From Gemmatimonadales bacterium (GTDB taxonomy: Bacteria > Gemmatimonadota > Gemmatimonadetes > Gemmatimonadales > GWC2-71-9), in assembly GCA_041615815.1 (NCBI GenBank), contig JBFJCP010000005.1:80662-144661 (forward strand): 64,000 nucleotides of DNA, given 5' to 3'. The notes under the pieces were generated by a model, which searched no databases, was not told where the DNA came from, and worked only from the letters and a program-made list of their open reading frames with translations. Each line of letters opens with the position of its first letter. Positions within the stretch are counted from its first letter, which is position 1. Shown one piece after another: positions 31,987 through 42,540 of this stretch. Made by a program: the position numbers and the translations under genes.

Positions 31987-33144
31987 TCAGAGAACACGAT
32001 AAAGCCACCCAGCCCCGGTGTTGAACAGAACTACGGACTCCGCGGTATCGATGGCCCGCCGGGCCAACAGCGCTTCCAGTCCCGCGAGCGTTGCCCCCCC
32101 CTCGGGGCTGGCGTCGATCCCCTCCGTCGTGGCGATCCGCCGCTCGGCCCGAGCCATCGCGTCCTCGCTGACCGCGAGCGCCTCGCCTCCGGTCTCGCGG
32201 AGCGCTCGCAGAATGAGATGTCCGCCCAGGGGGCTCGGCACCCGGAGTCCTGCCGCCGCCGTCACGGGGTTGTCCCAGGGGGTCGTGTCTGCGGCCGACC
32301 CCTCGAAGGCACGCACCACCGGAGCGCAGCCTGCCGCCTGTACACTGTACAGTCTCGGAACCGGACCCCGAACCCAGCCGGCCGCCACGAGTTCCGCAAA
32401 TGCGATCCACATACCGATGAGTCCGGTCCCGCCGCCGGTCGGATAGATGACGGCGTCGGGGAGTCGCCAGCCGAGTTGCTCCGCCACTTCCAGCCCCATC
32501 GTCTTCTTGCCTTCAATACGGTACGGCTCCCGCAGGGTGGATACGTCGAAGGCGTCACACTCCGCAGCGTAGTGGCGGGCGGCCACACCGCAGTCACCAA
32601 TATGACCATCGATCAGTTCGAGGTCGGCACCGTAACTGCGCACTTGTTCGAGGATCCGCGGGGGTGTGGTCCGCGGCGCGAATACCCGCACCGGAAGTCC
32701 CGCTCGTCGCCCGTACGCGCTCAACGCCACACCGGCGTTCCCGGCGGTTGGAACGGACAGCCGCACGGCACCGTCGAGCCGCGCACGTGTGACGGCGGCG
32801 GACAGTCCCCGAGCCTTGAACGAGTTGGTTGGATTCTGGCTCTCGTCCTTGATCCACAAGTCAGACATGCCGAGTGAGCGTCCAAGTCGGGTGGCCTCGA
32901 GAAGGGGGGTTCCGCCTTCACCGAGCGAGACCGGCGCTTCCCCGTCTTCCACCGGCATCCACTCTCGATATCGCCACATGGTCCACGGCCGCGGTGCCAT
33001 GCGGTCGCGCACGGCGGCTGGTGGACGCGACGAGTAGCGAACCAACCAGGGGGCCTGGCACTCCGGGCAGACCGTTGCCAACCGCAGCGACGGCGTGTCT
33101 CGACCGCAGCGAGAACACACGAGATGCCATCGTGGAATGGTCAT
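31987..33144 (-). CDS. thrC: Threonine synthase
   Basis: SLGEGGTPL, KDESQNPTNSFKARG, PYRIEGKKTMG, YPTGGGTG, LFNTG. Confidence 0.88.
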   Translation of the reverse strand: MTIPRWHLVCSRCGRDTPSLRLATVCPECQAPWLVRYSSRPPAAVRDRMAPRPWTMWRYREWMPVEDGEAPVSLGEGGTPLLEATRLGRSLGMSDLWIKDESQNPTNSFKARGLSAAVTRARLDGAVRLSVPTAGNAGVALSAYGRRAGLPVRVFAPRTTPPRILEQVRSYGADLELIDGHIGDCGVAARHYAAECDAFDVSTLREPYRIEGKKTMGLEVAEQLGWRLPDAVIYPTGGGTGLIGMWIAFAELVAAGWVRGPVPRLYSVQAAGCAPVVRAFEGSAADTTPWDNPVTAAAGLRVPSPLGGHLILRALRETGGEALAVSEDAMARAERRIATTEGIDASPEGGATLAGLEALLARRAIDTAESVVLFNTGAGWLYRVL

Positions 33145-34952
33145 TGTCTGAGGTGGTTCAGAATGCGGGTCGCGAGTTTCTCGGAGAATCCCGGGATAGA
33201 TTCGATTTCCTCCGGTGTAGCGAGCCGCACGCCAGCGAGGCTGCCAAAACGCTCCAGCAACACGCGACGCCGGTTCTCTCCCACACCGGGGATGTTCATC
33301 AGCTCCGACGTCACCGTCCGCGCAGCGCGGCGTTTGCGGCTGTAGGTGATGGCAAAGCGGTGCGCCTCGTCGCGGACCCGCTGCAGGAGGCGCAGGGACG
33401 GGGCGCGGGCGGCCAGCCGGAGTGGAGCCGCGCGGCCGGGGAGAAAGATCTCCTCGTCGCGCTTCGCGATGCTCGCGAGGGGCAGATCGCATCCTAGCTC
33501 TTCCAACACCGTGCTCGCGGCACTCAGCTGGCCTTTTCCGCCATCGATCACGATGAGGTCCGGAACGGCGCGCGCTTCCTCCCGACGCCGGGTCAGGTAT
33601 CGAGTGAGCACTTCGCGGATGGCGGCGAAATCGTCCTGCTGACCTTCGTCAGCCTTGATCTTGAATCGGCGATACTCGCTCTTTTTGGGTCGTCCGGCCT
33701 CGAACCACACCAAGGCGCCTACGGTGTCTCGCCCTTGGTTGGTCGAGATGTCGATGCACACGAGGCTGCGGGGAACGACCGTAAGGCCGAGATCGCGCCC
33801 CAATGCGTACACGGGATCTTCGGCCCGGGCTTCGGTTTCGAGGGACTCGATCTTGAACGATTCGAGGAGGTGTCTCGCATTTTGATCCGCGAGGTCCACC
33901 AGCCGTCGCTTGACCCCGCGTTGGGGTAATGCCCATGCAGTTTCCGGCGTCAGGGCGGCGAGCGATTCGAAGTCCGTTGGCGGAAAGGGCAAGAGCGCCC
34001 GGCGCGCTGGCTCCTCCGCCGGGACATAGTGCCGGACGAGGAATGCGCTCAGGACCTCTTCGTCTGGCTGGTCTGCGATATTTTCGAGAAAGCGTTGTTC
34101 TCGCGCGATCACCTTTCCATCCCGGACCCGCAGGAACACGCCCACGGCGTCGTCCCCGTCGCGGGCGAACCCGATGGCGTCGCTGTTCCCTCCCCCGACG
34201 AATTCGACACTTTGCGGACGTTCCAACTGGTCCAACCACTTGATGGCGTCCCGAATCCGAGCCGCGCGTTCGAAATCCAAACGCCCTGCCGCTTCGTCCA
34301 TGCGTTCGCGCAAGCGGGTCCGTACCTCAATCGTCTTGCCTTCGAGGAAAGCCAGGACATCGTCAATCATGGCTCGGTAGCTCGCCTGATCTTGAAGCCC
34401 GACGCAGGGCGCGAGGCACTTCTGAATGTGATAATCGAGGCATGGCCGATCCGGTGCTTCATCGGGCAGCCCGTAGTGGCACGACCGCACCGTGAAGATC
34501 CGTCGGATGATGCGCAGGGTGCGACGCAGCACTGCCACGTCGGTGTACGGGCCGAAGTAGCGTGCGCCCGGGATGTTGAGTCGCCGCACCACGACCACCC
34601 GGGGGAATGGCTCCGCCAGGGTCACCGCAATCGAGGGATAGCTCTTGTCGTCGCGCAGGCGGATGTTGAACCGCGGGCGGTATTCCTTGATGAGATTGTT
34701 CTCGAGCAGCAGCGCCTGCGGTTCGGACGGAACGACGATCGTGTCCAAGTCCGCGATGAGTCTGACCAGTGCCCGAGTGGTGGGGCTCGACGCGTAATCG
34801 GCCGCGAAATACGTGCGCACGCGTTGGCGCAGGCGCTTGGCCTTTCCCACGTACAGAACTGTGCCCTCCCGATCCTTCCACAGGTAGACACCCGGTTCGT
34901 CGGGAAGGGACTCGATCTTTCTCTGGACGGTCTCCGGTACGTCGCGTGCCAT
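33141..34952 (-). CDS. uvrC: Excinuclease ABC subunit C
   Basis: GIY-YIG (PGVYLW...LYVGKAK), DDKSYP, DISTNQG, IDGGKGQL, RDEAHRFA, C-terminal HhH. Confidence 0.97.
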   Translation of the reverse strand: MARDVPETVQRKIESLPDEPGVYLWKDREGTVLYVGKAKRLRQRVRTYFAADYASSPTTRALVRLIADLDTIVVPSEPQALLLENNLIKEYRPRFNIRLRDDKSYPSIAVTLAEPFPRVVVVRRLNIPGARYFGPYTDVAVLRRTLRIIRRIFTVRSCHYGLPDEAPDRPCLDYHIQKCLAPCVGLQDQASYRAMIDDVLAFLEGKTIEVRTRLRERMDEAAGRLDFERAARIRDAIKWLDQLERPQSVEFVGGGNSDAIGFARDGDDAVGVFLRVRDGKVIAREQRFLENIADQPDEEVLSAFLVRHYVPAEEPARRALLPFPPTDFESLAALTPETAWALPQRGVKRRLVDLADQNARHLLESFKIESLETEARAEDPVYALGRDLGLTVVPRSLVCIDISTNQGRDTVGALVWFEAGRPKKSEYRRFKIKADEGQQDDFAAIREVLTRYLTRRREEARAVPDLIVIDGGKGQLSAASTVLEELGCDLPLASIAKRDEEIFLPGRAAPLRLAARAPSLRLLQRVRDEAHRFAITYSRKRRAARTVTSELMNIPGVGENRRRVLLERFGSLAGVRLATPEEIESIPGFSEKLATRILNHLRQ

Positions 34953-34962
34953 GCAGAGAAAG

Positions 34963-36519
34963 TTAATCCGTTCCGGCTCCCGGTCCGCGCTTCCCAGGTC
35001 GGAGCTTGGTGAGCCGGCGGGCGTCGGGGTGGCCCAGCGCCCGGGTGACACCGAGGTACACGACGCCAAAAGCTGCGATGGCTGCGATGGCGGTGGCCCA
35101 CACGCCGAATGGTCTCACCGCCGCGGCCACCCATGCGCCCGCGAGTGCGGCCGGCGTGGCACCGAGCACCGTCGTCCAGAGTGCGCGGCGCGTGTGCGTG
35201 TCGAGCAACCCTCCGATGCGCCGCGCCAGTGCGCGGGCATTCAGGAGCATGTTTGCATAGGCGCCGATCCCCGTGCCGAGGGCGATACCGGCCACACCAA
35301 ACCGCTGCATGAGCAGAAAGGCTCCCGTAGCGGAGAGCAGCACCGACACGGCGGCAATGCGGACGGGGGTCTTCGTGTCGCCCAATGCGTAATGACCGGA
35401 CGCGAGCAGTCGAGTCGATGCCAACGCAGGGAGGCCGATGGCATAGGCAGCGAGCACGCCGCCGGCAATGGACGTCTGGTCCGCCCCAAACGCCCCGGTC
35501 TGAAACAGCGCGCCGATGATCTCATTGGCGAGCGCGGCGCAGCCGAAGGCTGCTGGGATCACGAAAAACGCGACCCGACGGGCGCCCTCGGCGATCCGCG
35601 TGCGCAGGACCTCCTGGCCTCCCGTGGCGGCGTCGCGGCTCAGTTCGGGGAGTGCCGCGGCCGCCACACTGATACCGAAGAGCGCCACCGGCACATTGGC
35701 CACGAGTTGCGCGTATCCCAGAATGGCAACCGCGCCTTGCTCGAGCAGCGAGCCCAGCTGCGTCTCGATCACGCTGGACACTTGGTAAACGCCGGCACCG
35801 AACACGACGGGGATCCACGTGCGGATCACTTGCCGCACCCCTGGGAGCGAGAGATCCCACGCCCAGTGGAGTTGCCCGAGTAGCCGCAGTGTCGTAGGAA
35901 GCTGGACGATGAACTGGAGGCCGCTCCCCGCCAGCGCGCCCCACGCCAGGGCCACCGCGAGCCGCGTATCCAGCAGGATGCCGCCGAGGGCGACGAGCAC
36001 GCCAATCTGCGCCACGTTCCAGAGGGCCGGCGCGGCGTAGGCCAGGAAGAACCGGCGATAGGTGTTCAGCACTCCGAGACACCAGCCCGAGAGGATCATG
36101 ATTCCCGACATCGGAAACATGATCTCGACGAGCCGAATGGTGAGATCGCGACGTGCCCCGCTGAATCCCGGCGCGGCGAAGTCCGTGATGACCGGGGCCA
36201 ACACGATCCCCACCAGGGTTGCGAGGGCTACCAGGATCACCAGGAAAGACACGATGGCACCGGACAGCCGCCGCGCATCATCGGTGTCGCCGCGTTCGAT
36301 CATGCCGGCAAACACGGGGATGAAGGACGCCGAGAGCGTTCCTTCCCCCAGGAGATTCCGGATGACGTTGGGAATGCGGAGAGCGGCCCGAAACGCGTCC
36401 GCGGCTGCACCGTCACCGAAATACTGAGCAAAGATGCGTTCCCGGACGAAGCCGAGAACGCGGGTGACCAGAATACCGGCGCCGACTCGGGCCGCCATGC
36501 GGCCCTGGGACGGTGCCAT
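34963..36519 (-). CDS. murJ: Lipid II flippase MurJ
   Basis: RVLGFVRE, ADAFRAALRIPNVIRNLLGEGTLSASFIP, DTKTPV; many TM helices. Confidence 0.95.
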   Translation of the reverse strand: MAPSQGRMAARVGAGILVTRVLGFVRERIFAQYFGDGAAADAFRAALRIPNVIRNLLGEGTLSASFIPVFAGMIERGDTDDARRLSGAIVSFLVILVALATLVGIVLAPVITDFAAPGFSGARRDLTIRLVEIMFPMSGIMILSGWCLGVLNTYRRFFLAYAAPALWNVAQIGVLVALGGILLDTRLAVALAWGALAGSGLQFIVQLPTTLRLLGQLHWAWDLSLPGVRQVIRTWIPVVFGAGVYQVSSVIETQLGSLLEQGAVAILGYAQLVANVPVALFGISVAAAALPELSRDAATGGQEVLRTRIAEGARRVAFFVIPAAFGCAALANEIIGALFQTGAFGADQTSIAGGVLAAYAIGLPALASTRLLASGHYALGDTKTPVRIAAVSVLLSATGAFLLMQRFGVAGIALGTGIGAYANMLLNARALARRIGGLLDTHTRRALWTTVLGATPAALAGAWVAAAVRPFGVWATAIAAIAAFGVVYLGVTRALGHPDARRLTKLRPGKRGPGAGTD

Positions 36520-36522
36520 TCG

Positions 36523-36801
36523 CTACGCGTCGGGTGGCTTCAGCGACGAGCGCTGGTCGGGATCCTGGAGCAAGCTCTGGAGAAACTGCGTCTGTTCGTG
36601 GAGCTCACGCATGGTGTGGGAGAGTTCGTCCACGTCTGCCTCGAGGCGGACGAGTCGTCGCGCGAGCTCCTCGTACTCGCTCCCCGCTCGTACCGGAGGT
36701 CGCGAGGCGAGATTTCGCCCATACGGCGAGTGCAGCACAATCGCGAGAATCGGGATGAAGAGTGCAATGAGCAAGACCAACAGGCCAAGGCCCCAGAGCA
36801 T
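36523..36801 (-). CDS. Hypothetical protein (N-terminal TM helix plus coiled coil)
   Basis: Fills the gap between bshC and murJ; hydrophobic N-terminus then heptad-like LARRLVRLEADVDELSHTMRELHEQ. Confidence 0.7.
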   Translation of the reverse strand: MLWGLGLLVLLIALFIPILAIVLHSPYGRNLASRPPVRAGSEYEELARRLVRLEADVDELSHTMRELHEQTQFLQSLLQDPDQRSSLKPPDA

Positions 36802-36809
36802 GGCGGATA

Positions 36810-38348
36810 CTATGTCTCCCGAATGGTCGATTCAAGAGTCCGGGTCCACCGACGACATTCGTCGAGGGCTGCGTCGATGAATCCCGAGCCATACCGGATG
36901 AGGTACGGCGTCACGTTGAACACTCGCTCTTGGGGGTGCCCGTGAGGGAACAGATTATGGCGAGCTTTGGCAATCTGCTGGACGACGATGTCATTCCCCT
37001 TCTTGAGATGCGCCACGATCCGTTTTTCGACGTCATTGACGCTTGCCAGGGCGGCGTTCCGTGCCGACGCAATCGGCTTCTTGAGCGTCGGGTCGATCGC
37101 ACCCGCGGCTCGCTCGAGGCGGCCGTACTCCTCTCCCAGGTGGCCGCGGAGATGTGAGAGGGCATCTGCGGCGTCGGCGGGCATGTCCTCGCGCGCGAGT
37201 CGGGACTCCGCCCGCCCCTCGTCTCGGAGATCATCGGGCTCGAGATCGTACTTGCGGAGAACCTTGCTGACCCGCGTCTCGAGGGCCATGGCGGACCACC
37301 GCGGCACCGTGGCCTGCGGCACCACGTCGAGGGCGTCGTACAGGGGTTCGCACTGCGGAAAGTAGGCCAGCTCACCGGGCCCGGCGACGTACGCGAGCGT
37401 CGGAAGGAGCGCCGCCTCTACCACCGGACGGAGCAGAACGTTGGGGGAGAGGCGCATCGGCTCGTCACGGGCGATCGTTTCGAGCGATTGCATCGACCAG
37501 GTTTCCTGAGCGCGACGACTTTCGAACCCCCCATCGACCACCATCAAGCGATCGCGTCCGAGCTTTCCTTCCATCATCACGAGACTCGCCGTGTCTCCCA
37601 CGGGCACGGGTACGGCCTGGCGGGCGCTCTCGAGGGATCGGGCTCGTTCGGTTAGGGCTTCGTTGAGCGCGGACGTCCTGCGCAGTGCCTCGAGCAGGAG
37701 CGGTGCCATGGCGTGTTTGGCCCGCTCGTGGGTGGGACGGAACACCACCAGTCCGTGTGGTCCAAGCAGCTCCGCGAGCGCGTCGGCGAACGCCGTCGCG
37801 AAGTCCTGCTTCGGACGATAGTGGCGGGCCACCCATTCGAGGATCGACGGCCGAAACTCGGTTTCCGGCGTGAGCTCGCGAAGGCGATCGAGGATGGCGT
37901 CGATGTCGGGCCCGAGTGGTTCGCGGTACAGCGGTGTGAGGGGTGCCGTGGCCGCCCGCTCTCGCAAGCGCAGCTCGGTCACCTCGTTCGAGAGATCGGT
38001 GGCGAACACATGATTGGCCTCCGCAAAGTCGTGATCGTCACCGGCCACCCAAAACACTGGGACGACCGGCCGGTCCAGTCGTTCGCCAAGCACTTCCGCA
38101 AGCGCGATGGCAGAGAGCGCTTTGTAGATCGTGAACAGCGGCCCGAGAAGCAGACCAGGCTGTTGCCCGGTGGTGACGCATAGGGCGTCACCGTCGAGCA
38201 GCCGATCCAGCTGGGCCTCGGCGGCGTGCGTGGCGTGGAACGCGGGTCGAAGATCCGCAGGCAGGGGGGCGCGTCCGGTTGGCACGCGACGTCGGACGAC
38301 CCACGGCGACGGGGTAACGAACGGAGTCGTGCGGAATGGTAGCGTCAC
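36810..38348 (-). CDS. bshC: Bacillithiol biosynthesis cysteine-adding enzyme BshC
   Basis: VTTGQQPGLLLGPLFTIYKA, PVFWVAGDDHDFAEAN, SPNVLLRPV, YVAGPGELAY, PQERV. Confidence 0.93.
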   Translation of the reverse strand: MTLPFRTTPFVTPSPWVVRRRVPTGRAPLPADLRPAFHATHAAEAQLDRLLDGDALCVTTGQQPGLLLGPLFTIYKALSAIALAEVLGERLDRPVVPVFWVAGDDHDFAEANHVFATDLSNEVTELRLRERAATAPLTPLYREPLGPDIDAILDRLRELTPETEFRPSILEWVARHYRPKQDFATAFADALAELLGPHGLVVFRPTHERAKHAMAPLLLEALRRTSALNEALTERARSLESARQAVPVPVGDTASLVMMEGKLGRDRLMVVDGGFESRRAQETWSMQSLETIARDEPMRLSPNVLLRPVVEAALLPTLAYVAGPGELAYFPQCEPLYDALDVVPQATVPRWSAMALETRVSKVLRKYDLEPDDLRDEGRAESRLAREDMPADAADALSHLRGHLGEEYGRLERAAGAIDPTLKKPIASARNAALASVNDVEKRIVAHLKKGNDIVVQQIAKARHNLFPHGHPQERVFNVTPYLIRYGSGFIDAALDECRRWTRTLESTIRET

Positions 38349-39067
38349 GACTTTGCGGCAATCAGGATGGCGCGAGGAGACTCGGGTCCAAGGGGACTTC
38401 CGTCGTAATCGCCGAGCCGGTCGAGAACGGTGAGACCGGCCGCGACCAGCATCGATTCCAGGTCTCGGGGTGCAAAGAGGCGAACACGCTCGAGGAAGCT
38501 GTGTCCTTCATCCACGAGGTGCATCTCCTTCACGACGAAACGCCCATCGGGTGAGAACCGGCGTTCGGTGGCCACCCGCCGGCGTCCAACCGTGTGTTCC
38601 TCATGCGGTACGAGAGTGCGCCGGACGTGCTCCGCATTGAGGTAGTCCAGCACGAACCCGCCGGTGTTTCGAAGCACGGCCGCCACGGCCTGCAAGACAC
38701 TCTCGTGTTGCCGGTCATCGACGAAGTACCCGAAACTGGTGAACAAATTCACGACCATGTCAAAGCTGTGCGGGGCAAACGGCAAGCAACGCATGTCGCC
38801 GCGCACGAGTCTCGGTGGGTCCGACAGGCAGCGACGGGCGCGCCGCAGTAAGGGCATCGAGAGGTCGAATCCCACGACTGCAGCTCCGAGCTTCACCATC
38901 GCACGAGCGTGGCGCCCCGGACCGCAGGCGAGGTCGAGGACGCGGCGTCCCTTCAGGGGTAGGTGCGCATCGATGAGCCGAACCATCCGAGCGGCGTCTG
39001 TCTCGTCGCGGTGAGGGTAGAGTCGGAGATACTCTTCTCCGAACCACTCCTCGAACCATTCCGTCAC
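38345..39067 (-). CDS. Class I SAM-dependent methyltransferase
   Basis: VLDLACGPGRH, GDMR, NLFTSFGYF; stop overlaps bshC start. Confidence 0.9.
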   Translation of the reverse strand: MTEWFEEWFGEEYLRLYPHRDETDAARMVRLIDAHLPLKGRRVLDLACGPGRHARAMVKLGAAVVGFDLSMPLLRRARRCLSDPPRLVRGDMRCLPFAPHSFDMVVNLFTSFGYFVDDRQHESVLQAVAAVLRNTGGFVLDYLNAEHVRRTLVPHEEHTVGRRRVATERRFSPDGRFVVKEMHLVDEGHSFLERVRLFAPRDLESMLVAAGLTVLDRLGDYDGSPLGPESPRAILIAAKS

Positions 39068-39540
39068 GCCTGGTGTCCCTTGTGATACGGTTGGCCGCGA
39101 AGGATCGTTCCCGCGCGATACAATTGCTCGAGCACCACCACGCGGGTGAGCTCGTGCGGCATGGTCAGGGGCGAAAGACTGATGCAGGCGGTGGCTTGGC
39201 GGCGGATCTCCTCGTCCACCCCGAAGGCCCCGCCGATCACGAGCGCCACGTCAATCGCCTCGCGCCGCCAGGTGTCCACGCGTCGAGCAAAGCCCTCGCT
39301 GTCCAGCGACTCGCCCGTTCTGGAGAAGACGACGACGCGAGCGTGGGACGGAATGGCGCGCAGGACTGCCGAGGCTTCGAGCCGCCGGGCGCGTTTCGCA
39401 TCGGACTCGGGCCGACCACCCTCTCGGACTTCCAGGACCTCGAACTTGAAATAGCGGCGGATGCGCGCTGTGAACTGCTCACACGCTGCCCGCAGAGCGG
39501 CGTCGCGGACCCGCCCTACGGCCAGGAGATAGAAGGTCAT
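39064..39540 (-). CDS. rlmH: 23S rRNA (pseudouridine1915-N3)-methyltransferase
   Basis: IGGAFG, SLSPLTMPHELTRVVVLEQLYRA...GQPYHK. Confidence 0.93.
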   Translation of the reverse strand: MTFYLLAVGRVRDAALRAACEQFTARIRRYFKFEVLEVREGGRPESDAKRARRLEASAVLRAIPSHARVVVFSRTGESLDSEGFARRVDTWRREAIDVALVIGGAFGVDEEIRRQATACISLSPLTMPHELTRVVVLEQLYRAGTILRGQPYHKGHQA

Positions 39541-40883
39541 CAGGCATACAGCCCGCGGAGCCGGTGTACGGCCGCCACGCGCTCAATGGCCAGCATGTAC
39601 GCGGCGATGCGCATGTTGACTCCATGGCGCTCGGCAACCGCGAGGACGTCGGCAAACGATCGCTCGAGTGAGCTGTTGAGACGCTCAATGACGGTCTTCT
39701 CGTCCCAGAAGTATCCCGCGCGGTCCTGCACCCACTCGAAGTAGCTCACCGTGACGCCGCCGGCGTTGGCGAGAATGTCCGGAATGACGAAAACGTCCTT
39801 CTCCTCGAGGATCGTGTCGGCCCCGGCCGTGGTGGGACCATTGGCGCCCTCGCAGATGATCTTTGCCCGAATATCAGCGGCATTCTTTCGCGTGATGGCG
39901 TTTTCGACGGCGGCGGGAACCAACACGTCCACGTCTGCGGTCAGCAGCGCTTCCGTTGGGATCGCTTCGCCGCCGGGATAGCCGGTCAAATAGCGGTGCT
40001 CGCTCACCCATTTGAGCGCGCCGTCGATGTAGATCCCGTTCTCGTTGTACACGGCTCCGGAGACGTCGCTGACGGCCACGACGGTGAGGCCCTCTGCTTC
40101 GAGGAGGCGAGCCGCGATCGATCCCACGTTGCCAAAACCCTGCACGGCCACTTTGGTACCGCGCAGGGGCAGACCCAGGTGTCGCAGCGCGGCTTTGGTC
40201 GCAATCATGCATCCCCGTCCCGTGGCCTCGCGCCGTCCCAACGATCCGCCCATTTCCACCGGTTTTCCCGTCACGACCGCCGTCACGGGATGACGCTGAT
40301 GCATGGAATAGGTGTCCATGATCCACGCCATAATCCGTTCGTTGGTGTTGACGTCGGGTGCCGGAATGTCCGACTCGGGGCCCAACACATCAATGAGATT
40401 GGCGGTATACCGCCGGGTAATGCGCTCGAGCTCGCTGATGGACAGGACGGTGGGATCGCACACGACGCCACCCTTGGCGCCGCCAAAGGGGATATTCACG
40501 ACGGCGCACTTCCAGGTCATCCATGCCGCGAGCGCCTTCACTTCGTCCAAACTGACCCGTAGGTCGAACCGAATGCCGCCCTTGGCTGGGCCACGTGCCG
40601 TGTTGTGGATCACGCGATACCCGGTGAAGACCTCCAGCTCGCCGTTGTCGAGTTGTACGGGTACTCCGACGATCATCTGCTTCTCCGGAACACGGAGAAC
40701 CTTGTACACCCCGGGATCCAGATCGAGCAGTTCGGCCGCGTGGTCGAACCGCGCCATCATGGCTTCAAACGGATTGTCTTCGTCGAGGTGCGGATCCTTA
40801 CTTCGGCCCACCACCTCTTCCGCCGACTGTATCGGCTGCGCCTTGGCGCCACTCATCATCGTCTCGGGATCCGCGCGCGTCAT
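39540..40883 (-). CDS. gdhA: Glu/Leu/Phe/Val dehydrogenase (glutamate dehydrogenase)
   Basis: [54 protein letters not shown]. Confidence 0.93.
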   Translation of the reverse strand: MTRADPETMMSGAKAQPIQSAEEVVGRSKDPHLDEDNPFEAMMARFDHAAELLDLDPGVYKVLRVPEKQMIVGVPVQLDNGELEVFTGYRVIHNTARGPAKGGIRFDLRVSLDEVKALAAWMTWKCAVVNIPFGGAKGGVVCDPTVLSISELERITRRYTANLIDVLGPESDIPAPDVNTNERIMAWIMDTYSMHQRHPVTAVVTGKPVEMGGSLGRREATGRGCMIATKAALRHLGLPLRGTKVAVQGFGNVGSIAARLLEAEGLTVVAVSDVSGAVYNENGIYIDGALKWVSEHRYLTGYPGGEAIPTEALLTADVDVLVPAAVENAITRKNAADIRAKIICEGANGPTTAGADTILEEKDVFVIPDILANAGGVTVSYFEWVQDRAGYFWDEKTVIERLNSSLERSFADVLAVAERHGVNMRIAAYMLAIERVAAVHRLRGLYA

Positions 40884-40888
40884 CGTCG

Positions 40889-41926
40889 TCAGGTTGTTTT
40901 ATAAAGTTCGTGCACGCTGGAACTCACCACATCGAGCGCTCGTTCAACGGCACCCTGGCCCACGTCCCACTCCACTCCCAAACAGGCCACCAGCGGCTCC
41001 GGCGCGGTTGGCGGCCAGCAGCGCCGGAGCTTCACGGCGTCTTTTTCGGTCACTACAACGTAATCTACTTTCGGGCGAACACCGAGGAGCCGGCGGACGT
41101 CGGCTGGACCAAAGGGGTGGTGATCCCGCCACGGAAGTAGCCGGATCCGTGCTCCCAAAGCTCGGCATTGCGCCGCGAAACTGTCGGGGTCCCAGACCCC
41201 CGCGGTTACCAGGATCGCGGCGTCTCGCAGGCGATCCGGGTTTACCGCATCCCCGCTCACGAGTCCACGAAACCCCGTCAGACGGAGCCGCGCCGCGGCC
41301 TGAATGGCATGCGGCGCGCATGCAGAGATTCTGGCCAGCACGGCTTGCGCCTCCTCCGGTGAGGCGCGTTTGCGGGTGACGACCACCATATCGGCCCGCA
41401 CGAGGGCATCCCAGCCCTCACGCCACGGCCCCGCCGGGAGCGTCCACCGAATCGCGCGGCTGGACTCCGCGCTGACGACTGCCACGTTCAAGTCTCGTTG
41501 CACGTCGAGACGCTGATAGGCATCGTCCAAGACAAGGATCTCGGCGCCGCGCGCCGCCGCCTCCCGGGCACCCGCGAGGCGATCGGCGTCCTCGACCACC
41601 ACCGCTGAGGGGACCAGGGAGCGGTGCACGTCTCCCTCGTCGCCGCCATAGCCTCGCAGGATGATGCCCGGCCGCAATCCCCGGCCGGCGTAATGCTGGG
41701 CGAACCACGCCGTGAGCGGTGTCTTTCCGGAGCCACCGACGGTGAGATTGCCCACCCCCACCGTGGGAAGGGCGGGCGCGTCGCTGGAAAGCCATTGCCG
41801 CGCGTACGCGTGAGCCCTCACGCTCATGATCATCCGATACGTGCCTGCCGTCGGGAGGAGTGCCCCTCGTGCCAGCCTGGCCATGGGTGAGGAGCTCGCC
41901 CACAGCCATCGGCTCAGCCAGAGCAT
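40889..41926 (-). CDS. lpxK: Tetraacyldisaccharide 4'-kinase
   Basis: [38 protein letters not shown]. Confidence 0.93.
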   Translation of the reverse strand: MLWLSRWLWASSSPMARLARGALLPTAGTYRMIMSVRAHAYARQWLSSDAPALPTVGVGNLTVGGSGKTPLTAWFAQHYAGRGLRPGIILRGYGGDEGDVHRSLVPSAVVVEDADRLAGAREAAARGAEILVLDDAYQRLDVQRDLNVAVVSAESSRAIRWTLPAGPWREGWDALVRADMVVVTRKRASPEEAQAVLARISACAPHAIQAAARLRLTGFRGLVSGDAVNPDRLRDAAILVTAGVWDPDSFAAQCRALGARIRLLPWRDHHPFGPADVRRLLGVRPKVDYVVVTEKDAVKLRRCWPPTAPEPLVACLGVEWDVGQGAVERALDVVSSSVHELYKTT

Positions 41927-42540
41927 CGCGCCCCCTCGCCCAGACGGACGAGCGCATGCTCCAAGCGGCGGGTCCCGGCGCTCAGGCCGTCGGCGCCCGC
42001 ATCGATCGACAGCGGGGTACCATACCTGATGTTCACGTGCGCGAACGGTTTGGGAACGACGAATCGATCCCAGGACCGAAGCTGCCAACTCGTGCGGGTG
42101 GATACGCCTACGGGAACGATGACGGCTCCCGCTTGCTGTGCGGCGGCCACGATGCCCGGTTTGGCTTTGTGGGCTGGGCCGCGGGGCCCATCCGGCGTCA
42201 CCGCGGCAGTTCGGCGTTCGCCGAGTGTCCGGAGCAATCCGCGGAGGCCTCCCACTCCTCCCCGCGTGCTGGAGCCGCGAACGAGGTTATACCCCCATCC
42301 GCGAGCGGCCGCTGCGAGGTATCCGCCATCGTGATGGGCGCTGACGAGCAAGGTGATGTGCTGGTCCCGACGATGCCACAGCGGCGCCAAGAGCTGTCCG
42401 TGCCACACGGCGTAGAGAAACGGTTTGCGCTCCTGCTCGAGCCGGCGCACGTGTTCCTCGCCGATGACGTCAATGTGCCACGTGCGCGCCAATAGGCTGG
42501 CGAGGGACCGCAGGCTGGTGCCGACGATCGCGGGGTTCAC
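41914..42540 (-). CDS. DUF374 lysophospholipid acyltransferase family protein (LpxJ-like)
   Basis: WHG, VSAHHDG, VRGSSTRGG, TPDGPRGP, SWDRFVVPKPF. Confidence 0.85.
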   Translation of the reverse strand: MNPAIVGTSLRSLASLLARTWHIDVIGEEHVRRLEQERKPFLYAVWHGQLLAPLWHRRDQHITLLVSAHHDGGYLAAAARGWGYNLVRGSSTRGGVGGLRGLLRTLGERRTAAVTPDGPRGPAHKAKPGIVAAAQQAGAVIVPVGVSTRTSWQLRSWDRFVVPKPFAHVNIRYGTPLSIDAGADGLSAGTRRLEHALVRLGEGARCSG

